Positions 24,848 through 38,546 of a DNA stretch of 64,000 nt are shown in pieces. Under the pieces are notes generated by a model. It had not been told where the DNA came from. It ran no database searches and worked only from the letters and a program-made list of their open reading frames with translations. The first letter of the stretch is position 1. Every line of letters begins with the position of its first letter. The translations under genes and the position numbers were made by a program. This stretch comes from Paraspadella gotoi. Lineage: Eukaryota > Animalia > Chaetognatha. Location: assembly GCA_051294375.1 (NCBI GenBank), contig CM119269.1, positions 11,204,883 to 11,268,882 on the forward strand. Reading direction: 5' to 3'.

Positions 24848-25739
24848 ATATGAAAGATGTAATTGTCTCCATTCTCTAACAACAGATTTGACGAGCGGCG
24901 TAATAAAGTGTAATTTTTTTATTATACTGTCATCCAAAGAAAAAAAAGATTGTCGATTGTAATTTGGAAAAACTTTTCAAAGAAAATCTTAACAATTACC
25001 TCAAAGCGAAACCTGTCAGTTCCACATTTACGATGCAACAATTATCTTGTCAAACTCTGCTCAGTGCTCATCGCATTGACGTTTTATTTTGTTTCTAATT
25101 CTTTAATTAAACAAAGTTTACTTGTTTAGACGGCGTCAGGTAAGTAGAACGATAAATTGATATAATTAGAAGAAAAGAAGCCTGAAAATCGCATTTTTGA
25201 GTCTTTATTTGTTAAATACATATATTGTATATATTTGCTAAGAAATTTTCATTTTTACTTAAATGTAGCTTTCCCGTCGCCAATGAATTGTCTTTGATTC
25301 CTAACTTATGGTTTTCCTTTAAATTTATTTCCTCGCCGACGTTTTCGTCTCGTTCCGTTCCTGATACATGTATTTGATTTCAAGAGCGAGAGAGAAATAT
25401 ATTTTTTTCCATTACCGCTCCAACCTCGATTTGTGGTTTTGAAAACTTACGCAAATTTATTTATTCGTTCACTTAAACAAATTTATTCATTTATTGTTCG
25501 TTGACGTCTTCCGGAAGCCTTTGTAATAGTTTCTTTACTACTTTAATTCAAAGCGAATTCGTATTAATCAGAATGGTTTAAAAAAAGCTCGAAAGTTTTA
25601 TAATTTTATTTCCTTTTAAAGTTTTTCGTCTCGCTGTTTATGCCAACGTCGTCTTGAGGGTCCTAAGCGAAATTACAATCATTCCGAGAAAAAAAAAAAT
25701 CTTTTCTCTTAGTAGCATCAATTACCATTTTTCAATTTT

Positions 25740-25807
<68 letters not shown>

Positions 25808-26378
25808 ACTCCATCTCTCTCTCTTCTTATTGTTTCTCTTCTCTCTCTTTGCTTTTCCATTTTTCTCTCTTTCAAATTTGTCATTTATCAAATTCATATT
25901 TCACCCGATTAAGTTTTCAGCTTTCAGTTCGTCTCGGACACCGATTGCTTTTACTTCAGTTTTTACAGAGTGATCCTAAATTCAAAGATGACGTTGATGT
26001 CGCTGATGAAATTTCCCGCTAAACAGTAATTTCATTCAATTTGAAATAAACTTAGGCGTACTGAGATTCAGAAGATTCTCCATATATAGATTAATGAATA
26101 GGGCTTATAACAATTTTATATTTATAAATTTACTTTCCTTTAAATAAATCTAAATCTAATAACTTAAACTTAAAAAATGAGAAATTAATTGATTTTTTTA
26201 ATCATAGTACGCTACTTATAAATATTTTTTTAATTTGAAAATATATATTTTGGTTTCGTAAAAAAACTGTAGTTAATTTCGTTCGTGAAGTTAGCCAAGT
26301 TTGTTAAGCTTCATTTATTTTTTTATTTTTTTTATTTTTTTGCACATCGCTTCAGAGGGAGAGCCCCAGATTTTTCAT

Positions 26379-26437
<59 letters not shown>

Positions 26438-26992
26438 GATTTTTAATACCTCTCAAGAGACCAAAAGACTTTTGCATTTTATTTTGGCATCTGGTTTCGA
26501 ATTGTTGTGATGGAAAGCTTTGGCTTTGGAACGTGAAGTGCCTTCGATATGAGTCGTGTTTAACGCGTCGGCCCCCGACTGGCAAACCGCGGCGCCATTC
26601 GTCATAACATTAGGAACAACACTAGTTTTTGCCCCAGGCAACAATCACTATACCAAGCCAGCCCTTTTTGAGTCGCGGCTGGCCGTAACTCACTGAACAA
26701 TCAGTCTTTATGTCCGTTTGCTTGTTTATTAATTTATTTCTAGTATTACAAAAATCAAAAATATATTAACTTGAATCGTATTTGATAATTGGTTCTAGTT
26801 TTTTATCGGATGAAAGAAAATTTTAGTTTTAGATATATTAGCTTAATAAAAGACAAATAACTTTAAATTTTAAAAGGAAAGCGCGATTGATTCACACTCA
26901 AAATATCTTTTTAATTTTTGGATTTAAAAACATTTATTGTAATTTTGTATATTTTCTTTCTTTTTCGTTTAGTTTTTTGTTTATTTTTTTTT

Positions 26993-27032
26993 CGCGCTGA
27001 AGAAGACTTGTACTAAAGCCGAAGCATGTGCG
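26993..27032 (+). ncRNA. Degenerate minimal type I hammerhead-ribozyme-like motif (Penelope-like element remnant?)
   Basis: CGCG-CTGAAGA-AGACTT-gtacta-AAGCC-GAAG-CATGT-GCG. The CUGANGA box, a short stem II, a near-palindromic stem III and stem I are present. GAAA is mutated to GAAG and the cleavage-site C is missing. Confidence 0.4.
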
Positions 27033-27649
27033 TTTTTGAAAATTAAAAATTCCTTATTTGTAAACATTGTTAAAAAAAAAACAAACTCCGCCTTTGGATT
27101 TGAAAACGAAAATAAGCGAATCGTTTTTATTTATATTTTGTGGTGAAAACATTTTCCAATTCTATTTAACGACTACTTGCAGTTGCAGTTCCAGCTGCAG
27201 TTAGTGATATCATGATTTGTAAAACAACATCGAGAATCGAGATACACGATCGAGATTTCAAAATCTTTCTTTGAGCGATTCTTTACGTCACGAATCATTG
27301 AAATTTTGTGGTTTCTTTCCATTCTCTCCTTTAATTGGGGATTCGTGACTCTAGGGCCTATGACTATACATAAACAAATTTTAATTCATATCTTAAGTTT
27401 ATTCTCTTAGAGATTTATTATTTTATTTGACGACATTTTAGCATAGTAAATAGCTAATACTAGTAATAATGCGATTTTTATAAATATAAAATTATTTTCC
27501 CCCGTATTTGACATTTCGCTGTCTTTGAAAATACATTATAAACGTTAAGCTAAATGCTTAATTTAAACTTTTCAATGAGCTTCATCGTTAAGTATTATCA
27601 CTTCTCCCGACAGACATCCCCGTCTCACTTCCCCCTCGTTTCCGTTTTA

Positions 27650-28240
27650 GCCTCGACCAATCCAGCCTCGGTAAAAAGTAAAACGCTCTGATTGGCTAAT
27701 CCTCCTACGGAATAAGCGTCAGATTCCTATCCACACCTTGTCTCACGCTGCCTCTATACCCTCCCCCATCCCATAGACCGACCGATGCCTTCACACGCTA
27801 ATTCAGTCTTTCTCCGCGTTGATCTCTCACTCTCACTCCCCCCTGTTTTCGTACCTCACCGAGTCCGTTCAACAACGACACCTGTCACGGGAGATGTCAA
27901 GTGTCACGCTGCTCGCTCCGTCGCTCCCTCCTACTTTTACTTTCGCTCCGCTCTTTGGAACTGAGGCGACTTACCACCGGTCTCTCTCTCTAAACCCTTC
28001 CTTTCTCCTCTTTCTTCGAGCCGGTCTATTCCACACGGTCACCGGTGGTAAGTCGCCTCAGTACCTACCTTTTTTTCCTCCTCAGCCCGTTACCCGCATC
28101 GATCTCGACTTCAGCCGCTTATTTTCCACCTTTTTTTAAAATCCCTTGCGCATGCGCAGTGCTCTCCTTCGCCCCAGTCTCTCGGACGGAGTAACATCCA
28201 TTCCGGCTCCGCCCACGCGGCGTCCTCTCCGCCCAGGACG
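27650..28240 (+). promoter_or_regulatory. Candidate promoter with a short non-coding first exon
   Basis: CpG-rich island with CCAAT (~27657), ATTGG (~27691), splice donor G|GTAAGT at 28048, a perfect NRF1-type palindrome TGCGCATGCGCA at 28147-28158, and GC boxes CTCCGCCC (~28207, ~28227). Confidence 0.4.
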
Positions 28241-29075
28241 CTTTTTCCCGACTTCTCTTATCTCTTCTTTCCTCTTCATCTTCATCGTACCTTTCCTCTA
28301 TTTCCTTTAATAAATCTTTCCTCTATTTCCTTCTTTCCTTTTTCCTTTTTCTTTCCTCTTCTTCCTTTAATATCTTTCCTCTCCTTCCTTTAATTTCTCT
28401 TCTCTCCTTCCTTTAATATCTTTCTCTCTTCATTTAATTCGTTCCTCCCCTTCCTTTGATTCCTTTCTTCTCCTTCCTTTCTTTATTCCTTCCTTCTCTC
28501 TCCCTCCTTTCCTTCCTTCTTTTTCTCTCCTTTTGATTTCTATATTTTCCTTCCTTCCCTTGACCTCCATCTTTCCTATTCTCTCACACTTGATTATTTT
28601 CCTCTCTTTCCTTCATTCACTCTTCTCTTCTTCCTTCATTTACTCTCTTTTCTTCCCTTTCTTTCCTCCTCTGCGTTGTTTTACAATACTTACTTTCTTC
28701 TCTTCCTTTCCTCTACATTCTGATCTCTCCTTTCACATTTTTATCTTTAACTTCCTTTTAAAAACCATCATTCGAAGTTCATGCATCTAGATTTTTTTGT
28801 ATTGTTCCCTTTTTTCTTTTTCTTTCATTCTTACTCTTTCCTCTCCCCACGACTTGTTCCGTCTACCGTTACCTCCCTCCCCGTCCTTTGACATTTCCTT
28901 TCACGGGTGGTTTCTCATTTTCTCGCGAACTACTGTGCTACTCTGTCCCTCTCTCTCTCACATTCTCTCTCCTATCCCATTCTCCCCCACAACGCTGTTC
29001 CCACTTTTCACTTACCACTCCCTGTTTAGGTCTTCCGCGCGTCAGTTGCAGTCACCGAGTTCACTGATGGCGGAC

Positions 29076-29187
<112 letters not shown>

Positions 29188-29326
29188 GTGAGCCTGACTG
29201 TGGTGGTTGGGAGAGGATAATCTTGATACTTGCAAGAGACCTTGATGTCTTTGAACTGAATCGTTAAGCGAAGCCTTTGCTTTATATTTATTTATTTTCA
29301 TTGCGTGCGAGTTGTTGACATTCCAA

Positions 29327-29628
29327 NNNNNNNNNNNNNNNNNNNNNNNNNNNNNNNNNNNNNNNNNNNNNNNNNNNNNNNNNNNNNNNNNNNNNNNNNN
29401 NNNNNNNNNNNNNNNNNNNNNNNNNNNNNNNNNNNNNNNNNNNNNNNNNNNNNNNNNNNNNNNNNNNNNNNNNNNNNNNNNNNNNNNNNNNNNNNNNNNN
29501 NNNNNNNNNNNNNNNNNNNNNNNNNNNNNNNNNNNNNNNNNNNNNNNNNNNNNNNNNNNNNNNNNNNNNNNNNNNNNNNNNNNNNNNNNNNNNNNNNNNN
29601 NNNNNNNNNNNNNNNNNNNNNNNNNNNN
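29327..29628. other. Assembly gap (302 N)
   Basis: N run adjacent to an (AG)n tract. Confidence 0.99.
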
Positions 29629-30944
29629 GAGAGAGAGAGATGCCGATGAAAACGTTGTGAACCATCGAAGAACGATGTGAAAAACGTTTTCGTATGTGAG
29701 TTCCCTTCACTTCTTAAAACATATTTTAACTTTAACAAGCATAATTTTTCCATCTTTCATATTTAAGCAAAATTAGTCGAAAACGATCACCAACGCTTCT
29801 TTGGTCTTCGTTCGACTGCGTCTTTGTCGTCGTCGTCATCTTTATGGTCGTCCTCATTTTCGTAATCGTCGTCTTTGTTGTCGTCGTCGTTCTCCCGAGT
29901 CAACGCCCCATTTGTATTCATCCAGCGTGGAGTCTCTTACGAAGAATTAGACCCCCGAACCAGTCAGCCCCCGCGGGGATCGCTAAGGCCCGCACGACCC
30001 GCCTCCGCCTCCTCCTCCGCCTCTGCCTCCGCCTCGATTCTGAGCCGATAACCCATCAGATCCTTCACCGATCGTTCTTAGTCTAATTCGTCCCAATCTT
30101 CATTACCCACTCAATTCAAAACAGATACGTTGCATGTTTTGCAGTTTTTTCTTTCCTAATCGATTTCGTTTTCACTGCCCTTATTCTTCAATCAAACCTA
30201 TTAAACGGGAAAACTCTTGCACGATTATGTAACCAGGTGTTTTTCGCAACGTTGTAAAATGAAATTTTAACCAGCGTCCGTAATCTACCGCCTACCATCG
30301 CCCTTAAATCTTCCAAGGCCTACGCACATCCCTCTCTTGGTCTCCCTCTCTTGGTCTCCCTCTCCTCCCTCTTTCCCCAATAAGCTTCGCAGTTCTCGTT
30401 GGTAGGAACAAAAATCCTTCAACTCCGCCCCCGCGACGAGATGCACATCACCCTTGGGTCTTTAAAAACATTTTTTTTTTCGCGCAGAGTTGCATCACCC
30501 TTCTCTTCTGTTTTTCCGAATCATTCTCTTGGCGATTGGATGTTATTTTCAAATGATCACTCGTAATAGAGTGGCGGCATTCTTAGGTCTTGAGATAAAA
30601 ATTTAAATTGTGCGGCTTTCGTTGTCTATCTTTTCAGAGACCCAAGTTGCAAAGGTCCAATTCATGGATCTTTTGTGAAACATAGAAAAAAAAACGTTAT
30701 TGAATTAGTTTGTATTCGCTGTGGAAAAGGCTTAGTTAGCGTTAATTATTTTTTATAAATGTAAACTACTATTTATTTCTATCCTTACCACTGTATACGT
30801 TTCAAAAATCTTCGCGCTCGAGATCGTAGAAAAGAAGAAAAGATTATCGAGCTGAATTGACAGCAACATTCGGCGATCGTCTTGAAACAGCTAAGAATTA
30901 TTGGCTCTACGACTTGGTCGCCAGTCGAGTTTTCATAAGTCAAT

Positions 30945-31037
<93 letters not shown>

Positions 31038-31109
31038 AGAATTAGAGCTTCCATATGAAGCAGATTGGCGGCCGTCAATTCCACTGGATTCTTGGCGAAT
31101 TGAACCAAT

Positions 31110-31191
<82 letters not shown>

Positions 31192-31944
31192 CTCTTTGCA
31201 TTTCATATTCATGAATGATTTCGTTGTTGCAATGAGTGGGTTGGTGGGTCGCCGGCGGGATTGACTTCAAGGCGGCGGATCATTAGAGCACCATGATAAA
31301 GGCGAGGAGAGAAAAGAACGCCTTTAGGGCCGAATCCCGTTTTTTCGCAGATTTATATTTTTTCTCATTTATTAATATGCTTATTTTAAAAAGCGCATTA
31401 GCGTAGATTAACTTAACAACGTTACAGGCTCCTGCTCACACGTAATAAGTTAGTTACTGAAAAGTTTATGCAGCAGGTATGTGACAATAACCCGTAGTAT
31501 TTTCCTTGCTGAATATCTTACGAGAAAAGACTACTATTAATAGAAAAAGCAGCACGGCTCAAAACAACAATTAGGGACGTCTAGACGAGCTCGTTGGAAT
31601 TTAATGTTGATTGTAAAAAAGGATGAAAATTAGCAATATTGCAAAGTAGAAACGAATCTAGCGTGGCAAAGAAGGTTTTGTCATAATATTCACAAAAAAT
31701 CTCACGGTTATTAAAAATATATTATAAAATCGGATTTGACGCATCGTGTGATATCACCGGAGTGAGGTTTGGGCGTTGGATTTGTCGCCCGCGAAGGAGT
31801 GATGCTGACGTGTTGAATGTCGCGCACTCTCCTCTGGGTTAACGCCTCTTGATGCGAGGACAACCGAAAAAAATATTAAATTGGAGAAGGAAAATCCGAG
31901 AAACAATGGGAAACTAAGAAAGAAGGATTGACAGAAAGATAGAC

Positions 31945-32035
<91 letters not shown>

Positions 32036-32200
32036 AAAGAATGAAAGCATAAAGAAAGAGTTAAAAAAGGAGTCTACATGGTGACAATTTTACAAGCGCC
32101 GGTAGAAATACGCTGTCATTTGCAAACCAGTGGTTATTTCATTGATTTTAAAAATTAGTTGAGTAGAACATATTAAAGTCATTTATGTGTTCAAATTTTA

Positions 32201-33224
32201 TATTGATCAGTTAAGATATGCCTTGGCAATGAGTGGAGAAAGTTGGCTTGGCCACGGACTCGTCACAAAGCTTTGTTATACTCAAAAAAATATTTCTCCC
32301 TCTCCGAGATTCCGCGTTCAGCGATGAAATCATAACCGGAATTAATGACGTCTACGTTGTTTTCCCTGTCCTCGGAGTTATTCTCTAATCGACACTACAT
32401 CACGAGCGAATCTCCTCATTTCTCTCGAAATTCCCCGTTTGCGAGCGTGATTCATTTCTCCGGCAGCTACCGCCGTCGCCGCTACCGCCGCCGCTGCGGC
32501 GCCGCCACCGCCGTCGCCGTCACTCGCGAAAAAGGGAGTCCATGCTTTCATTTTTTTCACTCGAATTAATCGATTTTTTTTCGATCGATGATAAATTTTC
32601 GTGATTCTTAGATCGAACCTTTCGCCTCGATCTTTTCCACTCGGAATGTTTTTCTTTTTGTCCCGTCAAAGATCGAGCTCGCATTTTTTTCTTTTCTTTG
32701 TACTTTCTCGTTTTTTTTCCCACGCGACTCTTCGATTTCTCGAAAAAATCTTAGGCCCCATTGAAAAAAAAAAGGCGAGGCTAATTTGAAGAGGAATTGA
32801 GGCCGTGAACTCCCTGTAACAGACTCGGGAATGGGGGCCCATTACGACTAAAAAGGAGATAAGAANNNNNNNNNNNNNNNNNNNNNNNNNNNNNNNNNNN
32901 NNNNNNNNNNNNNNNNNNNNNNNNNNNNNNNNNNNNNNNNNNNNNNNNNNNNNNNNNNNNNNNNNNNNNNNNNNNNNNNNNNNNNNNNNNNNNNNNNNNN
33001 NNNNNNNNNNNNNNNNNNNNNNNNNNNNNNNNNNNNNNNNNNNNNNNNNNNNNNNNNNNNNNNNNNNNNNNNNNNNNNNNNNNNNAGGAGATTAAGAATG
33101 AAGAAAATCGAAGGGAGCGAGAGAGAGATAAAAGGGAAATCAACCTAATCTTCGTAGACGGTAAAGGCGACTTGCGGAAGAGACAGAGACAGACGGTGAA
33201 AGACGCGGAGAGAAAGATAAAGAT

Positions 33225-33270
<46 letters not shown>

Positions 33271-34495
33271 AGCGCCCCTGTTAAACACCTAGGCGGAGCG
33301 AGGAGAGTCAGCGACAATGACGACCCTCAAGCGACTTAGCCACAAGTTTCTTCTCGAGTTTCTAAATGTCACTTTCGCGAATTTGTGAGGTCGTATTGTC
33401 TCTCTCTCTCTTTTAAATCGCAGCTAATTTTAGTCTTATTTAAAAGCAAAAAGTTGCAATATTCGAACAATAAATAAACCTTGATTCAGCTGAAAATCAG
33501 AAACGTATTTATAACATCTTTATCTTTTTTTTAAATTTCTCTATTTTTGCATTAGCCCATATTTATACATAGTACTCATCAATGGTGGGTCTCCATAGAA
33601 AATGTCAAAATTTTAAATTAGTTTTTTTTAGTTTTGAAAGCAGATTCGAATTCCTCATAAAAAGTTGAGAAAAGAAAATATAAGTTAGCTAAATTTTTTT
33701 TATACTATTAATTATAACAGTTTTTTTAGATTTTGACCCAGTGAACAGGGGGGGTAAAAAGCTGAAAACATAACGTTTGNNNNNNNNNNNNNNNNNNNNN
33801 NNNNATTATTGATCAGTTAAGATATGCCTTGCAATGAGTGGAGAAAGTTGGCTTGGCCACGGACTCGTCACAAAGCTTTGTTATAACTCAAAAAAATATT
33901 CTCCTCTCCGAGATTCCGCGTTCAGCGATGAAATCATAACCGGAATTAATGACGTCTACGTTGTTTTCCCAATACCTGAGTTATTCTCTAATCGACACTA
34001 ACATCACAGAGCGAATCTCCTCATTTCTTCTCGAAATTCCCCGTTTGCGAGCGTGATCATTTCCGGCAGCTACGCCGTCGCCCCTACCGCCGCCGCTGCG
34101 GCGCCGCCATCCGATCGCCGTCACTCGCGAAAAAAGGTGAGTCCATGCTTTCATTTTTTTTCCACTCGAATAATGGATTTTTTTTCGATCGATGATAAAT
34201 TTTTCGTGATGTTAGATCGAACCTTATCGCCTCGATCTTTTCCCAGCTCGGAATGTTTTTCTTTGTTGTACCCGTCAAAGATCGAGCTCGCAGTTTTTTT
34301 TCTGTTTCTTTGTACTTCTCGTTTTTTTTCCCACGCGACTTTTCGCATTTCTCCGAAAAAAATCTTAAGGCCCCATTGAAAAAAAAAGGCGAGGCTAATT
34401 GAGAGGAATTGAGGCCGTGAACTCCCTGTAACAGACTCGGGAATGGGGCCCATTACGACTAAAAAGGAGATAAGATGAAGAAAGATCGAAGGGAG

Positions 34496-34552
<57 letters not shown>

Positions 34553-34789
34553 GAGAGAGAGAAAGAGAGAGGAGAGAGAGAGAGAGAGCAAAAGTGAGAG
34601 AGAGACATCGGATGGGGAAGTAGAAAAAGGAAAATAGAGCACGTCCGAGAGGAAGGTAAAGGAGGGGGCGTGGTGGGGGTGGTAAAGGGGAAAACAAACG
34701 CTATCTTCGTAGACGGTAAAAGGCAACCTTGCGGAAGAGACAGATGAACAGGACGGTGAAAGACGCCCGGAGAGAAAGAAAAGATAGAA

Positions 34790-34828
<39 letters not shown>

Positions 34829-35440
34829 GAGAGACTGAGCGCCCCTGTTTAAACACCTAGGCGGAGACGAGGAGAGTCCAGCCGACAATGAGACCTCAAG
34901 CGACTTAGCCACAAGTATCTTCCTCGAGATTTCTAAATGTCACTTCGCGAATTTGTGAGGTCGTATTGTCTCTCTCTCTCTTTTAAATCGCAGCTAATTT
35001 TAGTCTATTTAAAAGCAAAAAGTTGCAATATTCGGGCAAGACCGAAAAATAACTTGTCTCGATTCAGCTCGAAAAGTCAGAAAAACGTATGTTACTAACA
35101 TCCGTTGACAGCGTTTTTTTTAATTTCTCTATGTTTGCATTTGAGCCACCACATATTTATTACATAGTAAACACTGCATCCAACTGGGTGGGTCTCCAAA
35201 GAAAATGTATCGCAAAGTTTTCAAATTAGTCTTTTTTTTTAGTTTTCCGAAACAGAATAAGTCTTGTCGAATTCGATATTCTCAGTAATAAGGATAGTTG
35301 AGAAAAGAAACATATTGACACGTTTATTCTAAATGTTTTTTTATTATATCCTTAGATTAATTATAAACCAGTTTTTTTCTGTTTATTTTTGACCACACAA
35401 GTGAACAGGGGGGGTAAAAAAGCTGAAAAAACTTAAACGA
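32201..35440 (+). repeat. Apparent tandem duplication of ~1.6 kb (32201-33779 and 33807-~35440) around a 25-N gap, probably an artefact. Includes gaps 32866-33085 and 33780-33804
   Basis: Both copies start TATTGATCAGTTAAGATATGCC. The second copy differs mostly by scattered 1-3 nt indels and contains sequence where the first has Ns. Confidence 0.85.
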
Positions 35441-36442
35441 ATTGAACCTTTAACTTAAGCTGGTTTCTGAACCAAATCAATAAATATATTTTTTCTTCAA
35501 ATCACATTTTGGGAAAGGGTAGTTAATAAAATTCGATAATATCTCAGCCAGTTAATTTTCTTTTAAAGAATGGTAAGCAAGAAAATCTCGTTGTTCAAGT
35601 AGTTAGATTTTTTCCAAAAGAAGGAATAAGATACGCATAATTTAAAAAAAGAAATTTTCCAGCTTTTATCATTTAAAAATTATAAGAAAAAAAAACTAGT
35701 GAGATGTAATTCAAAAAGTATAGCTCAAGGTATTCTGACGTGGATTTGTAGATTGTAACTTTCTTTCACTAATGATTATGTTATTGAAATGAATGATATA
35801 ATAAATAGTCTTTGAAGTAATATAAATAATAAAAAGAAGAGAAAAATTATTTACTTTTACTAAATTTTTAATTGTTATAATATAGTGAAATCAATATAGT
35901 TTAATAATACATTATAAAGGATGAATATGAATATTAATATCATAATTATTATAGTTTTGTTTCTGTAGAATAGAATTTAGGTTTGATTTGTCTGCTTTAA
36001 GTAAATATAAAAAATAAAAATATTAGTCTTGTAAGCCTTTGTTCAATGAGGTTAAACCTAAAATTTGTAGCTTTGTACAGAAATAAAAAAATGGAATTTA
36101 GTAAAAAATACTTTCTTATGCCAAAAATAAATAATGATTATATAAATATTTAGGTAGGATCAACGAAATGTTTTTTTTATAATTATTAAATTTTTGTTTC
36201 CGTACAATAAGAGATAGGAATTTTTTTACCACTTCCCGGCAAAGAAAAATAATGACTATCACCATTCAAATTCCTTTGCATGATAGACCCTTAAGCTTAT
36301 GATATCATTTTTATCACTGGGTCCCTTAATGAAATAATTTTCTAAAGAGTTATATTTTCTTTTATCAACTTTTCGTGAGGAATTCGAATCTGATTTCAAA
36401 AATAAGAAAAAAAAACATTTTAAGATTATGACATTTTCTATA
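35195..36442. mobile_element. Non-autonomous long-TIR (foldback/MITE-like) DNA element
   Basis: AGAAAATGTCA...GAAAGCAGATTCGAATTCCTCATAAAAAGTTGAGAAAAGAAAATATAA...GACCCAGTGA (cleanest at 33597-33744, noisy at 35195-35404) is the reverse complement of 36315-36441. No TSD was resolved. Confidence 0.55.
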
Positions 36443-36898
36443 CGAAAATTTACAATTTAAAAATTATTCTACTTGATTTTAATATTTTTGCTACGCTTTA
36501 TTAAGCATACTTGGTTGAACAGAAATATTAACTAAAATTTCGTTGCAAATAATACAAATCATTTATTTGAGCTTGTCTCACTAGATTTCAATAGCTGTTA
36601 TACGTAAATTATAAATATTCCTTTTCGTAATACGCCGAAAAATATTTTTGTCACTGAAAATCTTAAATTAACTTACCGCGTAACATCTCGTCTCCCCTTT
36701 CAATTCATTAACGAAAATGCAAGCATATCTTTCATGCAATTGCTACATAATAGTGAGTACTACCTATATACCTACTTAATGTGTTTTTCTCATTCTCACC
36801 TAATCTATAAAATCGTACACACCTTACCTCTGTCATTTAAATTTCTCCATTCACTCACTAGCAGTTAACCTGTCATGCTTGTCGCTTGTCGCGTGAAA

Positions 36899-37017
<119 letters not shown>

Positions 37018-37959
37018 CCCACCCATCTATGTATCTCTCCCTCTCCCCCGTTTCTTAGAATTCATTTCCACGACTTTAAACGGATCAAATTCAAATGAGA
37101 CGCGAGGGGAAAAGGAAAGAAAAGAAGGAAAGAAAAGAAAAAAGAGAAGAAGAAGAGGAAAAGTAAAGGAGGCCGATGGGGGAGGCTGGAAGGGTAAAGA
37201 AGAGAAAGAAATAAAAGAGGAGAATCTTTTTATCCATTCATAAACGAGATGCCCTCGAAAAATTGATTTCCTCGTTTGCCCAGACGGCGTAGTCGAAAGA
37301 GAGATGGCATAAATGGCAAAAATGCATACAACGCGTTTCTCGACATAAAAAAATAAGTGAATAGCCAGAAGAAAAAAAATATTTATTTATATATTTATAT
37401 ATTTATATATAAATTACCAATTCATTTTTTTCAACAAAATGCCGAATCGGGAAGAAAAATATTGCAAGAAACGTAAATTTTAATGCCCATGGAAAAAAAA
37501 TTAGACTTAGTTTGTTCGAGATATATACTACGATTTGCCATTAAAAGGTTAAAAAAAAAAAAAAAATCAATGCGCGAAGCATTACTTCCGACTAAAAATA
37601 AATATTTTCATAAGGTTAAAATCGCCGCTCATAGAAAAAAAACCTAAAGATTTTTTCTCCGTTCGAACGACTCTGTTTACAACTTAACGTCAACCTCATA
37701 ATCGGCGTCGCCCTCCTCTTAAAACTCCGCCCAGTTTAATCTTTTGCGCAAGATGCGGCTGCCGCTGTTTTCAGTCTCCGTTAAAGCTGATGCTGCTGCC
37801 GCTGCTGCAGTGAGACGACGTTTTTCATTTTGTCTTCGAGATGGCGATCCCTCGAGGCGTCGGCTTTGCATCTTTGGACAAATATTTTTTAACCCTTTTT
37901 GTTGAGGATTTTTTTTTCCGTTCAGATTAGGAAACTAGAGTTAGCTTATTATCATTATC

Positions 37960-37993
<34 letters not shown>

Positions 37994-38429
37994 CAGAAAT
38001 GGTGATTCTATTCCGGACAGAATTGTCGATGGTCGATGATATTTCATGTTTTCAATTCGAGTTTAACGAATTTTTATATTCGTTATAATTATTTTTGAAT
38101 TTGCACGGTTTTGAAAGTCATACATAATTTAAATATTTGTTTTACCAATTTCATAGAAATCATATAGTTTCCAAGTTTTGATCTCCAATTAAATGTAGAT
38201 TCTTCTCTCGGACAAAAACTTTCTTCTTAAGCAATAAAAAGGAAAGGAAAAGGTCGAATTTCCCACTCTCGCTCTACCCCAGTTGCCTAGCAACCTGGTG
38301 CTCTATTTTAGTCGTCGTCGTCGTCGCCGTGGTTCTTGTCGACGTTCCGACCGTCGGCCTTGAACCATCAATATTTCACGTTTTTTCTCACTTTTTTTTT
38401 TCGACACAAAACGGAAGTAGATGAGCTGA

Positions 38430-38546
<117 letters not shown>

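Noticed and set aside
29288-29753. ORFs spanning N runs (also 32781-33317)
   Set aside because: They are open only because of the gap characters.
32378-32560. Poly-Gly/poly-Ala ORF suggesting a transcription factor N-terminus
   Set aside because: Short, no domain, no clear splice donor, and the frame is not preserved in the duplicate copy.
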